From: Spironucleus salmonicida
Taxonomy: Eukaryota
Assembly: GCF_000497125.1 (NCBI RefSeq)
Contig: NC_090600.1
Span: 62,001 to 126,000, forward strand
Length of the DNA stretch: 64,000 bases
Reading direction: 5' to 3'
A program made the position numbers and the translations under genes. The notes under the pieces were generated by a model. It saw nothing but the letters and a program-made list of their open reading frames with translations. It searched no databases and was not told the DNA's origin. Positions 13,481-27,367 of the stretch are shown piece after piece; the first letter of the stretch is position 1; each line of letters begins with the position of its first letter.

Positions 13481-13579
13481 TTATTATGTTTAATTTTATT
13501 ATATATATAATTGCAAACTTTACAGTAGAACATGTTTTATAATAATAAGTATATAAAAATAAATAACTATTTATATTAA

Positions 13580-13777
13580 ATGGGGTGTAATGCATAGATA
13601 TTATAATAGACAAAGTTGGATGGTTAGACACCGTTTACTAAATGTGAACTTAGTTTTAGTAGTTAACAGTAAATACTAGACGAATTAAGTCCATGTTATT
13701 TGTCTTAGTAAATACGAAGTCTATGTTCTTAATAAAAAAATGTAGAAGATGAAAGTGAATCCGAATTTAAGGACTGA
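13580..13777 (+). CDS. small MGC-type putative acylated protein, 65 aa
   Basis: MGCNAQILQQ...EDESESEFKD*. Confidence 0.6.
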
Positions 13778-14235
13778 TAGGTAAATGTCGTGGAATATTA
13801 GTGAATATATTCTAGCCTTCTTATGTTCGAATATATATTTTCATTTTATTATTTATACTAAAAACTGTAATGATAATATAATTATAGTATCATTTTATAC
13901 ATAACTAATTCAAAATATTTTCGTTATTTCCATTTCTTTAACGTCATGTACCAGAGTCGGAAACATATTTTCCAATATGAATCTGCTATAGAGTACTAAA
14001 ATCGAACGATGTACCGCTTTATATTTTCTAGACCGGGCATTATACTTCCTAATTATGTATCTATGTGTATATTTTATTTTGTCTTCATCTTATTATAATG
14101 GATTAATTACTCTTACAGAACCTCTTAACCTCTATAGGTTTAATATTTCTCTTTTAATAGTCGCATTTTTTCTCCAATTTAAAAATAATTATTATTATAT
14201 AATTTTAATTATTATTTCTACTTCACTTCCAAATC

Positions 14236-15027
14236 ATGATCCTACTTCTCTAACTAGCTGAGATCTCACCATAAGATCTTGATCCCAAGTTCCCGCTTGT
14301 TATATTATTTGCACCAACTCCGTCTGAGTTTCCACTTTTTGCCTCTCTTTAAATTGATTTCCCTTCCTTCAATTTCACATTTTTAAACACAACGCTTCAC
14401 TCAAATTTCACTACAGATGCATCTATTACTATCCCATCAATTGCTATACATTCTGCTATTGGCGTTCAGTTTTTGCATGACTTTAGCCTCCTGGAAACTG
14501 CATTGAATCTCGCTTAAATTGACCCCAATTTTGATTCTTCTTTCCTCGTTACTGATGAAACTGACCTTTTATTAGCAGTAGACTAGGCGAAAAACACACT
14601 TGTTTTCTATGCTGGAAACAAATGCGAGAAGTGTAGTTACTTCCTCTTAATGGCAGTCTAGGCTGCCAATTTGCTTAATCGCACCATTATTTATATAAAC
14701 TGCGATGAGTCACGCGATTTGACACTTCTTTGTAGCCGCTAGTCTGTTAGAAGCTACCCTTGGATATAGGTTACTCATAGTTAAAAATTGATTAGCTTAA
14801 GCAAGGAGATTAGCTTTGATTCGGTCGTTGGGGTGATTAAGAAGATTTAGGAGAATACTCTCGAAACGGATTAGGTTTTCGAAGAGTTTACGATTGAGTG
14901 GATGGAAGGTAATAAAACGAAGTTTGGAAAAGACGGCAGACCATTGGAGTATCCTGTTAAACCGTGCGTTTCTGAATTAATTAAAAAAATTGAAAGTTTA
15001 GAGAAAACGATTTAAAAATTGAATTGA
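14236..15027 (+). CDS. thioredoxin-fold / PDI-like protein with CEKC motif, 263 aa
   Basis: LVFYAGNKCEKC, INCDES..LC....VRSYPWI; short hydrophobic N-terminus MILLLQLA. Confidence 0.75.
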
Positions 15028-15077
15028 TATTATTATATGTTATAAAAATACAAATTGGTAATTCCACTTTAAAATAA

Positions 15078-16193
15078 ATGAGTACGCCAATTCATCCGTT
15101 AGCAGTTTAAAAGCGTTGGCCTTGGTATGTACGGGAACCTTTAACCTTTATAGCATTCTGCACATATGTGCCTTTAAAAGCATGTTTAATGTTTTTTGTT
15201 TTGTTCATAGCTGGCATTACTGCCAAAATTTACTAGAACTATACGAATCCATCAAGACCAATGACTAAAAAAATTTATAAATAATTTGTTCCTAGAACTA
15301 AATTTGTCGGTAGACTATTGCTTCTGTGTCATGGTTTATTGTATAAAGAATACGGAACTCAAGATCCTAAGGCTCATGTAGTCGTGGCGAATCATTAAAA
15401 CTATCTTGATGCTGCAATAATCGCAGCTTCAGGTGGTGGTTCTGCTGTTGCTTCATAAGGTATGGCAAACATGTGGTGTTTGAAGCAAATAATGCAACTT
15501 TCTAGAGTTTTAGTTGTTTCTAGGCCGGTTCCTAAAGATGCCTCATAATCTGATAAAATTAAGCAAGCACTACTTTATAGAGATTTTGCTATAACCCCTG
15601 GGAGATCTATTAGAGAATAAATGCAAATCCGAGTTAATGAAAATAACAATTATGATAGAGATAATGGTTTTAAGAATAAAAAAGAAGCAAAGTGGCCTAA
15701 AATAATCATGTTCCCAGAAGGTACGATTTCTAGCTCTGACACCTTACTTTAATTTAGAACAAGTGTATTCACTCTAGATCAATGTATTATTTAACCATAT
15801 TATATTAAGTATAAAACTTTCATGTCGTTAGAATGGTTAACAAATTCAGGTTATGATGCAATGTGTAGGTCACTACTTAATCCTTTTGGAAAAGTAGAAC
15901 TTCATTGGCTACCATCAGTTTAAAGACATAAGAATGAAACCCCTTAAGAATTTGCTTTAAGAGTTTAGTAAACTATTTGTGAAGCAGCTGGGATATAATT
16001 AACCAAATATACCAATGATGATATGTTTTATTATTTAGGATTTAAGGATATAAGTGTTTGTTCCTAAGACTATTTAAACGATTTTGAAAAATTAGGAACA
16101 ATAAAAGATGCTCGTAAATTATATGGTAAAAATTATGAGCTGAAATAATAGGATATTCCTAAAATAGTGGCAGCACTAGCGAAAAATAAATGA
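15078..16193 (+). CDS. lysophospholipid acyltransferase (LPCAT-like, PlsC family), 371 aa
   Basis: N-terminal TM; VVANHQNYLD and IMFPEGT...LLQFRTSVF. Confidence 0.9.
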
Positions 16194-16203
16194 GCTAAAA
16201 TAT

Positions 16204-18283
16204 TCACTGAATTACTGTTTTTATATCAAAGTCAAATAATATCATTTCAGATATTTCAATTTATGAGAATGATGTTAAATTATCGTTTATCACTTAATAA
16301 CTTTATAATCCACGTTATTAAAGAGAATAATCGAAGTTATTTTCTGATTAAGACCATGCTAAACCTCTAACACTTACATTTAACTGTTAGTTACTATTTA
16401 GAACAGAATTAAGCTATTTTATTAAAACATTCATATTTACTTAGTAATAGTCGTCTAATTACTATGGCAGTTCATATTAGCTTTCAAAGCACATATTCCT
16501 AAATAATGTAGATTATTTATTATGAGCTTATTCTGATTTATTTTCGATCCGTTTTAATATTATTTATTTAACAATACAACTAAATGCAATATGTCCAACA
16601 GCATTTCCAAAGCAATTAATAGGCATATAGTTAAAATTGTACTAAATTATTGCTATAAATGATCCAATAGATATCAAAATTACAATAAAATCTATAATTT
16701 TATACAATTAACGAGTTTTTGGTAAAATTTATGCATAATTTAGTTTATAATATTTTACAAAAAAATAGTTTAACGTATAATATAAAATCCCCGCATGTAT
16801 AATCTATGATTACTACAATGCATATCGCTGTATTAATGTAAAAACTATTAAATTACTTATATATACTTATGTAGTATGGACAACTATACCTTTATTTTCT
16901 GATGCAAATAAACAACTAATATTAAATATTAACCATAAAACCAGATTATAACCAATAGCATATGATACAATAATTAAAAGTAAATCAAGATCGACCGTAT
17001 TAGATCCATTTCTCCATGTTTATTCTATTGAGAATATACCGAAATAACTTTTAAAATTGTCATAAATATTATTAACATCTAATTCTAACAACTCAGAAAA
17101 CCTTCGATAATAAAGAATTGATAATTTATTAAGTATAGTAAATATGTAGTATTTAATAATTCTTGGCTTCTAAAATTACGAATATGATACATGTTATTCT
17201 ATTTTAACCAATAGATTAATAACAGGTCTAAAAAATGTAGGAATTTATACAATCGAAAAAATAGTCAATATATAAACTGATTCGTAAAAACGTATTCTAC
17301 TATCTAAAAATAAAAATAGCCTATTTATCTCTAGCATATCTAATTATTACAAAACATATTGCAGAAATAATAACAAGGAATGAATAAGTAAAAAATTGTT
17401 ATCTATATCTAAAGCTGTCTAAGGTTGATATATTTTGATAAATAATATAACCTAGACTAAACGTATTTAATATATAATTTTTTTAATGTTTTAAGTTTAA
17501 GTTTTTGGTTAAGTCTTAAACATTATTTCTTTTTCAAAATTGTATTGAAGATAACAATAAGACCTTCCGGTTCTTTCTAGTTTTTATAATTTTTTCTATA
17601 TCATTTTAGCTTGTTTAATTTCATATCATAGTAAAATATATCTTTGCTTAAACGTATATACTTAAATTTTAAAAAAAATCGGTTCGAAGATGTTAGTTTA
17701 TCTAAATATAATTAAAGTTTTGAGCACTAAACAAGAGATTATGGATTCTTCTATAATATTTCATAAAAATCTCTCTGTATTTAAATAAATTTCAATCTTT
17801 ATCGTAAAATCGATGGATCTTCTATCCGTAAATACTCTTGATACATGTATCATGGAGTGCTTCCTATAATACTTATATAACACTTTATGACGCTTATTAT
17901 TTACTAATATTATACACAATAGTAACGTAGTCTTATATTTAAGATTTTTCAGTCTCCTCATGCAGTACTTTGTCATGCATTTAACGTAAATATATGAAAA
18001 AAATCATATTTGCAAATAATAAAAATGACCAGCATGCACTTGAAAAAATACCAGTAGCTACAGTATCTATTATCATATATTAATTTTAATCTTATTAAAA
18101 GCTAAAATTAGCATTATCATAACTGCTATAAACAATAAAAATTGGTATCATACATGCTAACTAAATATCAAGTATCACTACGAATGCTACGTAATAATTA
18201 AAAAAAATTGTATTATCAGTGCCAAATATCTTCTATATACTTACAAAAGACATATTTAGTTTTAAATTCCTTATCTTTTTCAT
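16204..18283 (-). pseudogene. OSCA/TMEM63 (CSC1)-like channel gene split over three frames (pseudogene, sequence error or recoding)
   Basis: Colinear OSCA-like motifs FGTDNTIFFNYY, DYVTIVYNIS, TGRSYCYL, QPQTALDIDNNFL, LVKIEQHVSYS..IIKYYIF, YFFVKYY; internal stops at 17792-17794 and 17601-17603. Confidence 0.6.
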
Positions 18284-18351
18284 ATTATAAAATACTTTAA
18301 GTATATAGAATAATAATAAATAAACAAAAGTCGATAAACTGAAAAAATGAG

Positions 18352-19563
18352 TCACTTCTCACTTAAAAAATCAAGCAAATAGGAGATAGCACTAACACTT
18401 TCTCTTACATTTACAACTTCTTTTACACTATGATAGTTAAATGCACCGTCCCAGATATTTGGGGTAGGCAGACCCATTTCACTCAGTCTTGAACCATCAG
18501 TTCCTCCTCTAATTTATGAAATTTTAGACTCGTATTTTTCTCCCAATTTAAATAATTTATCAATCAGGGACTAAGGCAAGTAAGTTCTCATATTCATATA
18601 TTATTTAGTAGTTGTGATAGAAATTTTCGCACTTTCATGTTATTTGGCAAAATTATTAACTAAGTCAATAAGGTCTTTATCAAACCTCATAAGTTCATCA
18701 TTTTAAAACGATCTAATTATTCCACTTATCTTTGTATTCGATATTTCTCCTGTAGTATGCATTATATTAATGTAGCCTTCTTCATCTTTTGTTTATTCCG
18801 CAGATTTGAACGTTTACGTAATCAATTCTGTAAGTTTTGCTCCTATAATAATAGAATTAACCATCTTTTTATATGCGTAACCTGGATGAATATTATAACC
18901 TTCAATCTTTATTTCAAATCCTCTTGCTGAAAATGTAGATATATTTAACTCTTAGAAAACACTACCATCAACTGTTAAGGCGACTGTATTATCATCTTTT
19001 TTGAGATATTTGAAATCAATATTGTTTACACCCTCACCAATTTCTTCATCAGGAGTGAAACAAATTACAATTTCTGGTAAATTTTCATACAAATGTTAAT
19101 TCTCTTATAGATATTAAATGAGTGTCATTACAATGGCAATTCCTGCCTTATCATCACCACCAATTAATGTTGTACCATCAGAAGTAATGAGTGTGTCTCC
19201 AATCTTACAATTATGGTTAAATAAGTCATCCTAAGTTAAAACTACATCATTGTTAAGTATAATGTTGCCTCCTTTATATTCATGAATTTGGGGATGCACA
19301 TTGCTATTAGGAGCGTCCTCATTTGTATCCATATGACAAACTAAGCATACTCTATCCTTTTTACCTTTGTTAATAGTACAGTAGACATAACAGAATTCAG
19401 ATAAAATAGCTTCAAATCCTAAGTCTTCTAGCTCCTTCTTTAATATTTTAGCTACATCAAATTGACACTAGGTACTAGGATGATTTCCAGTAGTAGATGA
19501 AGATCCAGATGCGATTTACGCATATCTCATAAATTTTTCAATGAAGCTTGCTTTAAAGTCCAT
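18352..19563 (-). CDS. pepT: peptidase T (M20B tripeptidase, bacterial type), 403 aa
   Basis: [50 protein letters not shown]. Confidence 0.93.
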
Positions 19564-19668
19564 TTTTAAGAAAAAGTATCTAGAGGATTTTGTATATTTC
19601 CTATTAATATACATTGTAACAATCACAAACTTTATAAACATTAAATTAATACGTTTTAACATATATTA

Positions 19669-22600
19669 TCACTTAAAACTATACATTTCATACTCCATAA
19701 GTGCCTTAATAAAACAGTATCCCTAATTGTACTTTTTTACATATTTTATGTATTCCGTCAATATTACAGCATTTATAGCTGTAATTTAAAACTCAATGCC
19801 ATGCATTTTTAAACTTCCAGTTCTGAAACAAACTTCTGGTTTTTCACAACTAAAAGCTAACGCCACTAAACTACCGACAGAGCAAGTCGTAATAAAATTT
19901 TACGACGTTGTTAATTATTCATTATATAATATGATACTACAAACTTTATTTTTGAGTATAGAAGAGGGATGAATTACCAATTCATTCTTTGGATTTGTCA
20001 GCTACCACCCTTTTCTACCGTTTATAAATGCAACAGATGGCCATAATGAAACTTATAATAACGGTATTATTAAATTGATGTCAGAAACATCATACTTTAC
20101 CTCCCCATACTCGAAAAGTTGATTTAAAGTATCTTTAGCACTCTCTAAAGCCTGAATACTAACATCGTATTTCTTCATATTTTATCCTTTCAAAAAAAGC
20201 TAAAAAAGTTTGAAATTCAGAAGAAAATCAGATTTTCGTTCTAAATTCAACAAGTTATCATTCACCTTTTTAACGATCCCAGAACTGCTTAAAACTCCAA
20301 CTAATTATTTAGCTAAATTTACATCAATTCCAAGCTTTTTAGCATAAAAAATGATTTTTCCTAAAAATGGTTCAATTGGGAGAAATGCTATTTCTGCTCC
20401 AAATTCTGATAAATATATTTCAGTTTCTTCGCTCAAAAGCACGTTTTCCACTCCATCATTAATTTTTCCGCCGCTATAAAGTATGAAATTGCTGGTATAT
20501 AATTCTTTTAAATTTGAAGAAATCGCTGATTCTTTTGGCGGCGAAATAACGTTTTTCATGAAGATCTGGGGTTGCGAAACACGCGCCAAATGGGCTGAAA
20601 AGCTAGAAATTTTAGCACTGAAAACCATAAGTTGCATCATCGAGTTCATAAGCGAAGATGTGCAGATTTCTGGAGTTCGTTGCGCCTCGAAATCATCGAA
20701 AGTAGAACGAAGATAACAGCAATAGATAGTACCTTTACAAACACGACCTGCACGACCTGCGCGTTGCTATGCCGACTCTTTTGATATAAAACGAGTTTAA
20801 AATACATTTTTTCGCTATTTGGGAAAGAATTTAACTTTTCGTTCCAATCCGGTGTCAATGACCGAAATAATATTTGGGAGGGTTATTGATGCCTCTGCAA
20901 TATTTGTAGCACATATAACACGAGGAAGATTTGATTTTTAGAATAGTTTCTACTGATCTTGGAGTGAAATTTGAGAGTGACATGGCAAAATTTCAAGAGA
21001 TTTGATATCTTAGAGATAATTAACTGTTTTTTGAATCTCTGCTTGGCCAGGCAAGAAGATTAATGTGTTTCCTGATTTCGTTGGTGTGTTGTAGATCAAA
21101 TTAGTGACAATTTGCTTAATTGCTGGTAGGTTTAACGAGAAGTCATCTATTGGAGTGTTTGGTATATAATTGAAGTTTTCAATATCATTTTACTCGTAAT
21201 CAAAGTCGTCTAACAAATCATAGTCATCATGATTACGTTATTAAGCTGTTTCTCTTTTATAGATTGGTTTGATGCCTTATTGTATCAAGTCATCCAAATA
21301 AAAGAATTTCGTCTCGAAAAGTCGACCTTTAAGGGAATAATAAGCTGGACTAAGAAATGAAAAGTAATTACCAAACTTTGCACCATCTATCGTAGCAGAC
21401 ATTATTATAATTTTTGGTAATTATTGTGAAGGCGAGCAAAATTAATAATATTATTTTAATAGGCCTAAAAACAAATCGGTATTAATATCACGTTCGTGAA
21501 CTTCGTCAATGATTATATGTGTGTATTGAGATAATTCCTCATGATTATTTATAAATTATCTTAATAATACACCGATCGTGCAATATTATATAAGAGTATC
21601 CTAAGAGATTTCAGACTTTCCCTTAACATTATAACCTATAGTTTTATTTTATATAAGACCACTCTCTTATCTCACACGCATTCCTAACGAAATTGCAGCC
21701 ATTCTTCGTGGCTAAGTAATAACTATCTTAACTGGAGCTCCTTATTCTAATATTAACTAAGGCAAATTGGTTGACTTACCAGAACCAGTTTCAGCTGTCA
21801 CAATAACACATTAATTTTCATTTATCTTTGATAATAATAGATCTTTATCAATATAAATTGGTAGCTACTTACGGCCTGGTAAATATTAATTATATAAACT
21901 CATATCTCGCGATGTTAAGATTTTTTAGAATTATGATTAAGTTATATGTTATATCTTTTTATGCAATTATTAACTATTCATCTCAGTATAAATATCTAGA
22001 TGTTGCTAACAAGTAGTAGGCTTATATATAAATTTTTCTGATAGAAGCTTTTTATTTGTTTCTAATAATATACTATATTTATCTTCTACCATAAGAAATT
22101 CGCCAGTTTCTTATTACACTGTTGATTAAATAACTTATACACTATTTAAACCTTCTTTATAAACAAAAAGTAGCGGAGAAAGTGAAACGATCTTTTATTT
22201 ATGTGTTAAGTTCCCACTAGAGATTTTATGCTTAACTTTCATAACGAAAGAGTTCTTAAGTTCCATGTTATCAATATGCTTTAAATTTATGCAAGATTTT
22301 TATAGTGAGATTTATATGATCTCCTCATATTGAAGAAGAAATTTTTCGTATTCAGAATCTTGTAAAGCTAAAATGCAACCAAAGATTGGTTACTCGTTAT
22401 ACAACCCTCTCTGCATTTTTTAATAAAGATATTTAAGTGTAGCTGCTTTGCCAAAGTTTGTCAAGTATTTACTCTTCAGATCAATATAGCAAGGTGTAAA
22501 TGGATATGTACCTTTAAACTGTTAGTTAAATTTCCATAACTTACCATCTGCAATTAAAGGAGGATCTTATACACTTTTAACACCGTCTTTCATTAGTTAA

Positions 22601-23511
22601 ACGTCTCCAGTATCTTACAAATGAAAATATAAAGTTATTTACATATTTTAAAATATATATATAGGAACTTTTACTGTCCATACTTCTAAATCAATATAAA
22701 CTGATGGCTGTTTTTCTTTACAACCAAAGGTATATTATGTAATATCGTATCCTGAAGATTTAATCATTTATATTTCACCTTGTCGAATAGAATTTATATA
22801 AGTTTCAATCTTAGCATCATTTTTTAACTATGATGGTAATTTAGGAAATCCTCTTTTATATTGCATGCAAGATGTTATTACTGTTAAATAAGAAATATAT
22901 GGATCTCCTCCGCAAATTTAAACTATTTCTCTTATTAATGGTTCTGATACTATACCTGTCTTTTCAACAATATCTACAGCTTTCTCAAACTCCTATTATA
23001 CATTTGCAGCATCTTCAATAGTATGACCATTATCTCCTTGTCTACGTTTTCCTTTCGGCTTTCTCTCTCCCATTTTTGCCATAGGTAGAAACGTATTAGA
23101 TGAACTTGAAGCAGATGCAGTGGAAAATAATTACTGATCGACTAATGAACCTCCTAAGATCTAAGGAATCTAGCACGGCTATAACATAAGTAGCAAAGAC
23201 TTTAAAGCTTATTATCTTAGCTAATTATTTCTATTTATATATGAAGATTTATCCTTATCTTTAGGTTCAGTATTTGTCATCAAATATTTATCATAAAATT
23301 ATGTATTTAATATTTTAGCAACATTTTCAGGTTAAAACCCAAAACCACAAATTTCGTTAAAAAGAGTTGAAGATGAAGTACCTTACTGGTGAGTTATAGG
23401 TTCCTAAAGCACTAGATTATTTTTCACTAAAACTTAATGCATTTAATTTATAATATCTGTATTAATTGGAAATTACTAACAGGATGATTACTTAAAGAAT
23501 TGAAAACTCAT
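19669..23511 (-). CDS. DEAH-box RNA helicase (DHX57/DHX29/DHX36 group), 1280 aa
   Basis: AETGSGKST, TQPRRMAA, DEVHER, MSAT, IFLPG, ATNIAEASIT, QRAGRAGR, IHPSS; frame checked throughout. Confidence 0.93.
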
Positions 23512-23666
23512 TTGTCAAAGCTACAATTATAAATAATGATAGTATAATATATTATATTATGTAATAAAATTCATAAAAACTAAGAGAGTGATAAGTAAAT
23601 GACTATAAGGAAATTTACTATTAAATAACAGCATAAAATAAAATAATATATTCACCAATAGCGTAA

Positions 23667-23840
23667 TCAGAATGTCTCAATATCATGATCGTCCGAATTT
23701 TCAAATAGTTTTTATTGTTAGACTAATTCTTGCTGATCAATATCATCGCTGCCTTCATCTGTATGTACAGGGTGAGATTTTGCATAATCCATGGTTTCTT
23801 ATCCTTTTTGAAAGCTATTTTCAGCAATTCCGCATCCCAT
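23667..23840 (-). CDS. small MGC-type putative acylated protein, 57 aa
   Basis: MGCGIAENSFQKGQ...DDHDIETF*. Confidence 0.65.
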
Positions 23841-23951
23841 TTAAGTCAAATTGTTATATTAATTTATTATATATATAATTAATTATCTAATTTTGTTATT
23901 TTGAAATATAAAGATATTCGTTTATTCATAAGGTACAATTGTTATTTAAAA

Positions 23952-24410
23952 ATGAAATCTCAATATTTGCAAGATCAGTCATCAATGTTTATCAGACGTT
24001 CTAATTCATGTTAGAACACACAAATTAACTATGTATCCTTTAAAACCAACTATATGAAGTCAAACTTGATTGAAAATCCGCATCAGATATCACCAGTTTT
24101 CTTAAATTAATTTTAACGCAAAACACCTATTACAGTTGCCAAGACGCCACGCTTATAAAATATTATTAAAAGCGTATTTGAGGACGAAACGTTTCAACCA
24201 ATGTGTATTTCTACAATCAATAATTTATCTCAAGTGAATCTTAGTTATAAACTACCATATCCCCCAAGTACCCCGCAGGTAGAGTTGGCAATCAGAACAC
24301 GCATACCATTTTGTCCCACGGCAAGCTAACTATCCCTGTCCTAGATACCTCGTACCTGCCCTAAATCGCCTAGCTCGGCGCGAAGATTTAAAGCAAAATA
24401 TTACTTCTGA
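23952..24410 (+). CDS. hypothetical protein, 152 aa
   Basis: MKSQYLQDQSSMFIRRS...RRFKAKYYF*. Confidence 0.65.
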
Positions 24411-24416
24411 ACTCTC

Positions 24417-26138
24417 TCACTGCAAAAGACCCTCGCCCTTTCTAGCCATCTCAATTCGTCTCTATATCTCATACGCCCTTTACTGTGCTTTGATATCCGT
24501 CTCTCTGGCGGCGATTCCAACCGTCTGCACGTACCTTTTCTGTGCTACGTTCTCCTCGATTTTTAATCTCCCTTGTGCATCCATACGCTTCACGTGTTCG
24601 ATGATTCTGATGATATCGCGCTCAACTTTTATGTTCTATTTCAGGAACACTTTCTATAAAAGCATGTCAGCTTTGTGCGCAAATTATGCCATTTTGGAGC
24701 TCTGTCCAAGTAGTGTCTTGACAAATTTGACTTGCTCTTCAATTGGTCTCGCGAGCGCTGTTTATGCCATCTTTTACTATGCCTAGTAATAGCTGAGATC
24801 ATGCAGCTCTGGGTCATGGTGTTGCTTTTTAATTTTCAAAACGTAAATTAGAGGTTTCATACTCAGCCCGTAAACCAAGATTGTAAAAATTATCAGCATA
24901 CATGTAGCAAAAAGTAACTCCTCATTAACACTGATTACTCCGGTAGAAATTGAACTGGCTAATGCGAACGCTATCGCTCCTCTTAGGCCTGCCCATACTA
25001 GTATAATTTGTTCATTAAAAGGAATATATTTGCCGAACTTTTTACGTCTCAAATTCAGTAGTGCAGTCTAACCAAAAACACCAATAAAGCGTGCCAAAAA
25101 CGTATATATAATAAGAAGGCCAACTAACGCCCAATCAATACCATTTTTGACTACCGAAATGAAGGCAATTTGAAAACCCATGTCTAAAAACAGCATATTC
25201 TCGAAAGTTTATGCCAGCATGTGGATAACTGTACGGAATGTATTTATTGACTCTGGATGCAGGTTTGGCTCTGCGTAACGCGAGAGAATGACTGCTGAAA
25301 TCATGACAGCCATGATACCAGAAAATAGGAGCGCATCTGCTAGAATATATGAGAAAAATCCACAAATGATAAGCAAAATTGGTTCAATATTATATAATTT
25401 ATACGTATATTTCGTGAAAAAACAAAATAAAAACGTTATGATAGTAGCAATTAGAAGACCCCCAGATACAGAAACAATAAATTTTGCTATTCCTAAGCCA
25501 ATAATTTCCGAAATCGTTTTATTATCGTTAAAAAGTGAAGACATCCCTTTAAATAGCGAGAATAAGACTATAGATACACCATCGTTCAACGTTGATTCTC
25601 CAAAACCTAAATTATATAAATCAGCATTTACATGCATTTATTCCATTATAGCCATGACAGAAACTGGGTCTACGGCTGAGCAAAGAGAAGAAAACGTAAA
25701 AACATCAGCGAACGACATTGGGGTGTTCATAATCGGAAGTGAGTAATAAATTGCTATTCCAATAAATGCAGAGTTAAAAATTGTACCGAACACTGCATAT
25801 ACAATAATTTCAAGAAAATTATTAAAGAAAACTTGTTTATCCATAAAATAAGCTGCATCGAAGATAATAACTGGAATAAAAATGAATAGGAAATAATCTG
25901 GATCAAATGTGAGTAATTCTTTTAAAGTATTTGCACCATCTGTTGGGATGTAGCCAATTATAAGACCGATTAGCAACCCAATAATAATAAGCATGGTAGA
26001 CTCAGGTAAATACTGTTCGGGTTTTGACTTAGCGTAAACTAGTCTCAAGATAGACAATATACCAAATAATACTAACATACCCAAAAGAAGTCCAGTAATT
26101 GGATTAAGATGAAAACCTATTAAGGCAAAATCACTCAT
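24417..26138 (-). CDS. sodium/hydrogen exchanger (CPA1/NHE), 573 aa
   Basis: LPES, FDPDYF..IPVIIFDAAY, SAVDPV, FGESTLNDGVSIV, WAGLRGAIAFALA; three track ORFs join through Gln codons. Confidence 0.95.
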
Positions 26139-26297
26139 TTTATGGTCGTGGTATGATTTAATGATAATAGCACATAATATAGATATTTATTGATTAATGA
26201 TAAATCAAAGATATTATTATCACTATCTATTAAAGTTACTAAACATAACAATGATATTAAAATATAATTATTATATAATTATTAAAAGCAACCTAAA

Positions 26298-26933
26298 ATG
26301 GATTATATGGAGTAACTAAAATAATTTAAAGCATAAAAATAGCTAGAAAAGCTAGCGCAATCAAATACATAAACTTAGCCTTATTTTACAGCAATTAAAT
26401 CAAACTCAGCTACATAAAATGCAATTAAATCAGCTCAAAATAGTCTTATTTCGTCCTAATAATAACAATAAAATTCAAATTTTTACTAAGAGCAAATCAA
26501 GTAATTGCAATAATAAAATTAGAAACTTTCTATCGAAAAGTCTAGCTTAGTAAACGAAAATGATTAACTTCGCTAGCTTCTAAAATATTCAAATTCACAA
26601 TTTAAACTTACTAAGGTAGAAGAAATTTAAGCAGTATAAGATATCTAATTATTTGACACTTAGTCTTAAACAAACTAATCTATTTTATAGGATATTTAAA
26701 CTTAAACTTTGGATCTATTAATCTTATTGCCAGAAGCTCCTCAGATACATGAACAAGACTATGTTAAAGAAACTGACTAATTAGATTCGACTGATAAATT
26801 TGTGAATTTGAACATTACAGAAGAAATGTAGAAACCAAATGCGTTGTTATATCCATCCATTTAAAATGATCTTCCTCCTGCTAAATTTAGTACTGAAGGT
26901 GTAATAAATGATAGTGTAAATATAGAAGAGTGA
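26298..26933 (+). CDS. Gln-rich hypothetical protein, 211 aa
   Basis: MDYMEQLKQFKAQKQLEK...VNIEE*; stop in GAGTGA. Confidence 0.7.
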
Positions 26934-27367
26934 GTATGGTATTTATTGAATATTTATTTGTTTTAAATATATACTTCTGATGATAACATATTTTTGTGTT
27001 TAAGTTTGTCTAACATGTAATAAAGTCTTGTTTTCTTAATAATATTCTAAATTAGAGTAGAAATAAGATAATACTTCTGAATTTGGTATTCCATAGTGAA
27101 TATCTTCAATTTATCTATTATATACTATAGTATATACTTTATACTCTATAGTAGGAGATATAATATAAAAGTTTATATTTAATAACTTGCAATAAGTTTT
27201 TCATACATACAACTTGTTAATAAAATTTAATAAATATATATTATTTGGATTAAAATTTATTACACAAGTATAAAAGCTGTAATATACTATTGACTTAAAT
27301 TATTCAGAATATTTTTATTTCTATAATATATGTATTATCTTCAAATAATATTTACAATATTTTTAGA

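Noticed and set aside
13380-14166. Long minus-strand code-6 open frame from ATG 14166
   Set aside because: No motif, and it overlaps two + strand genes; with one stop codon, long frames arise by chance. A real gene in 13800-14166 is not excluded.
973-19563. Bacterial contamination explaining the ADH and pepT genes
   Set aside because: Both use TAA/TAG as Gln and sit closely among eukaryotic genes.
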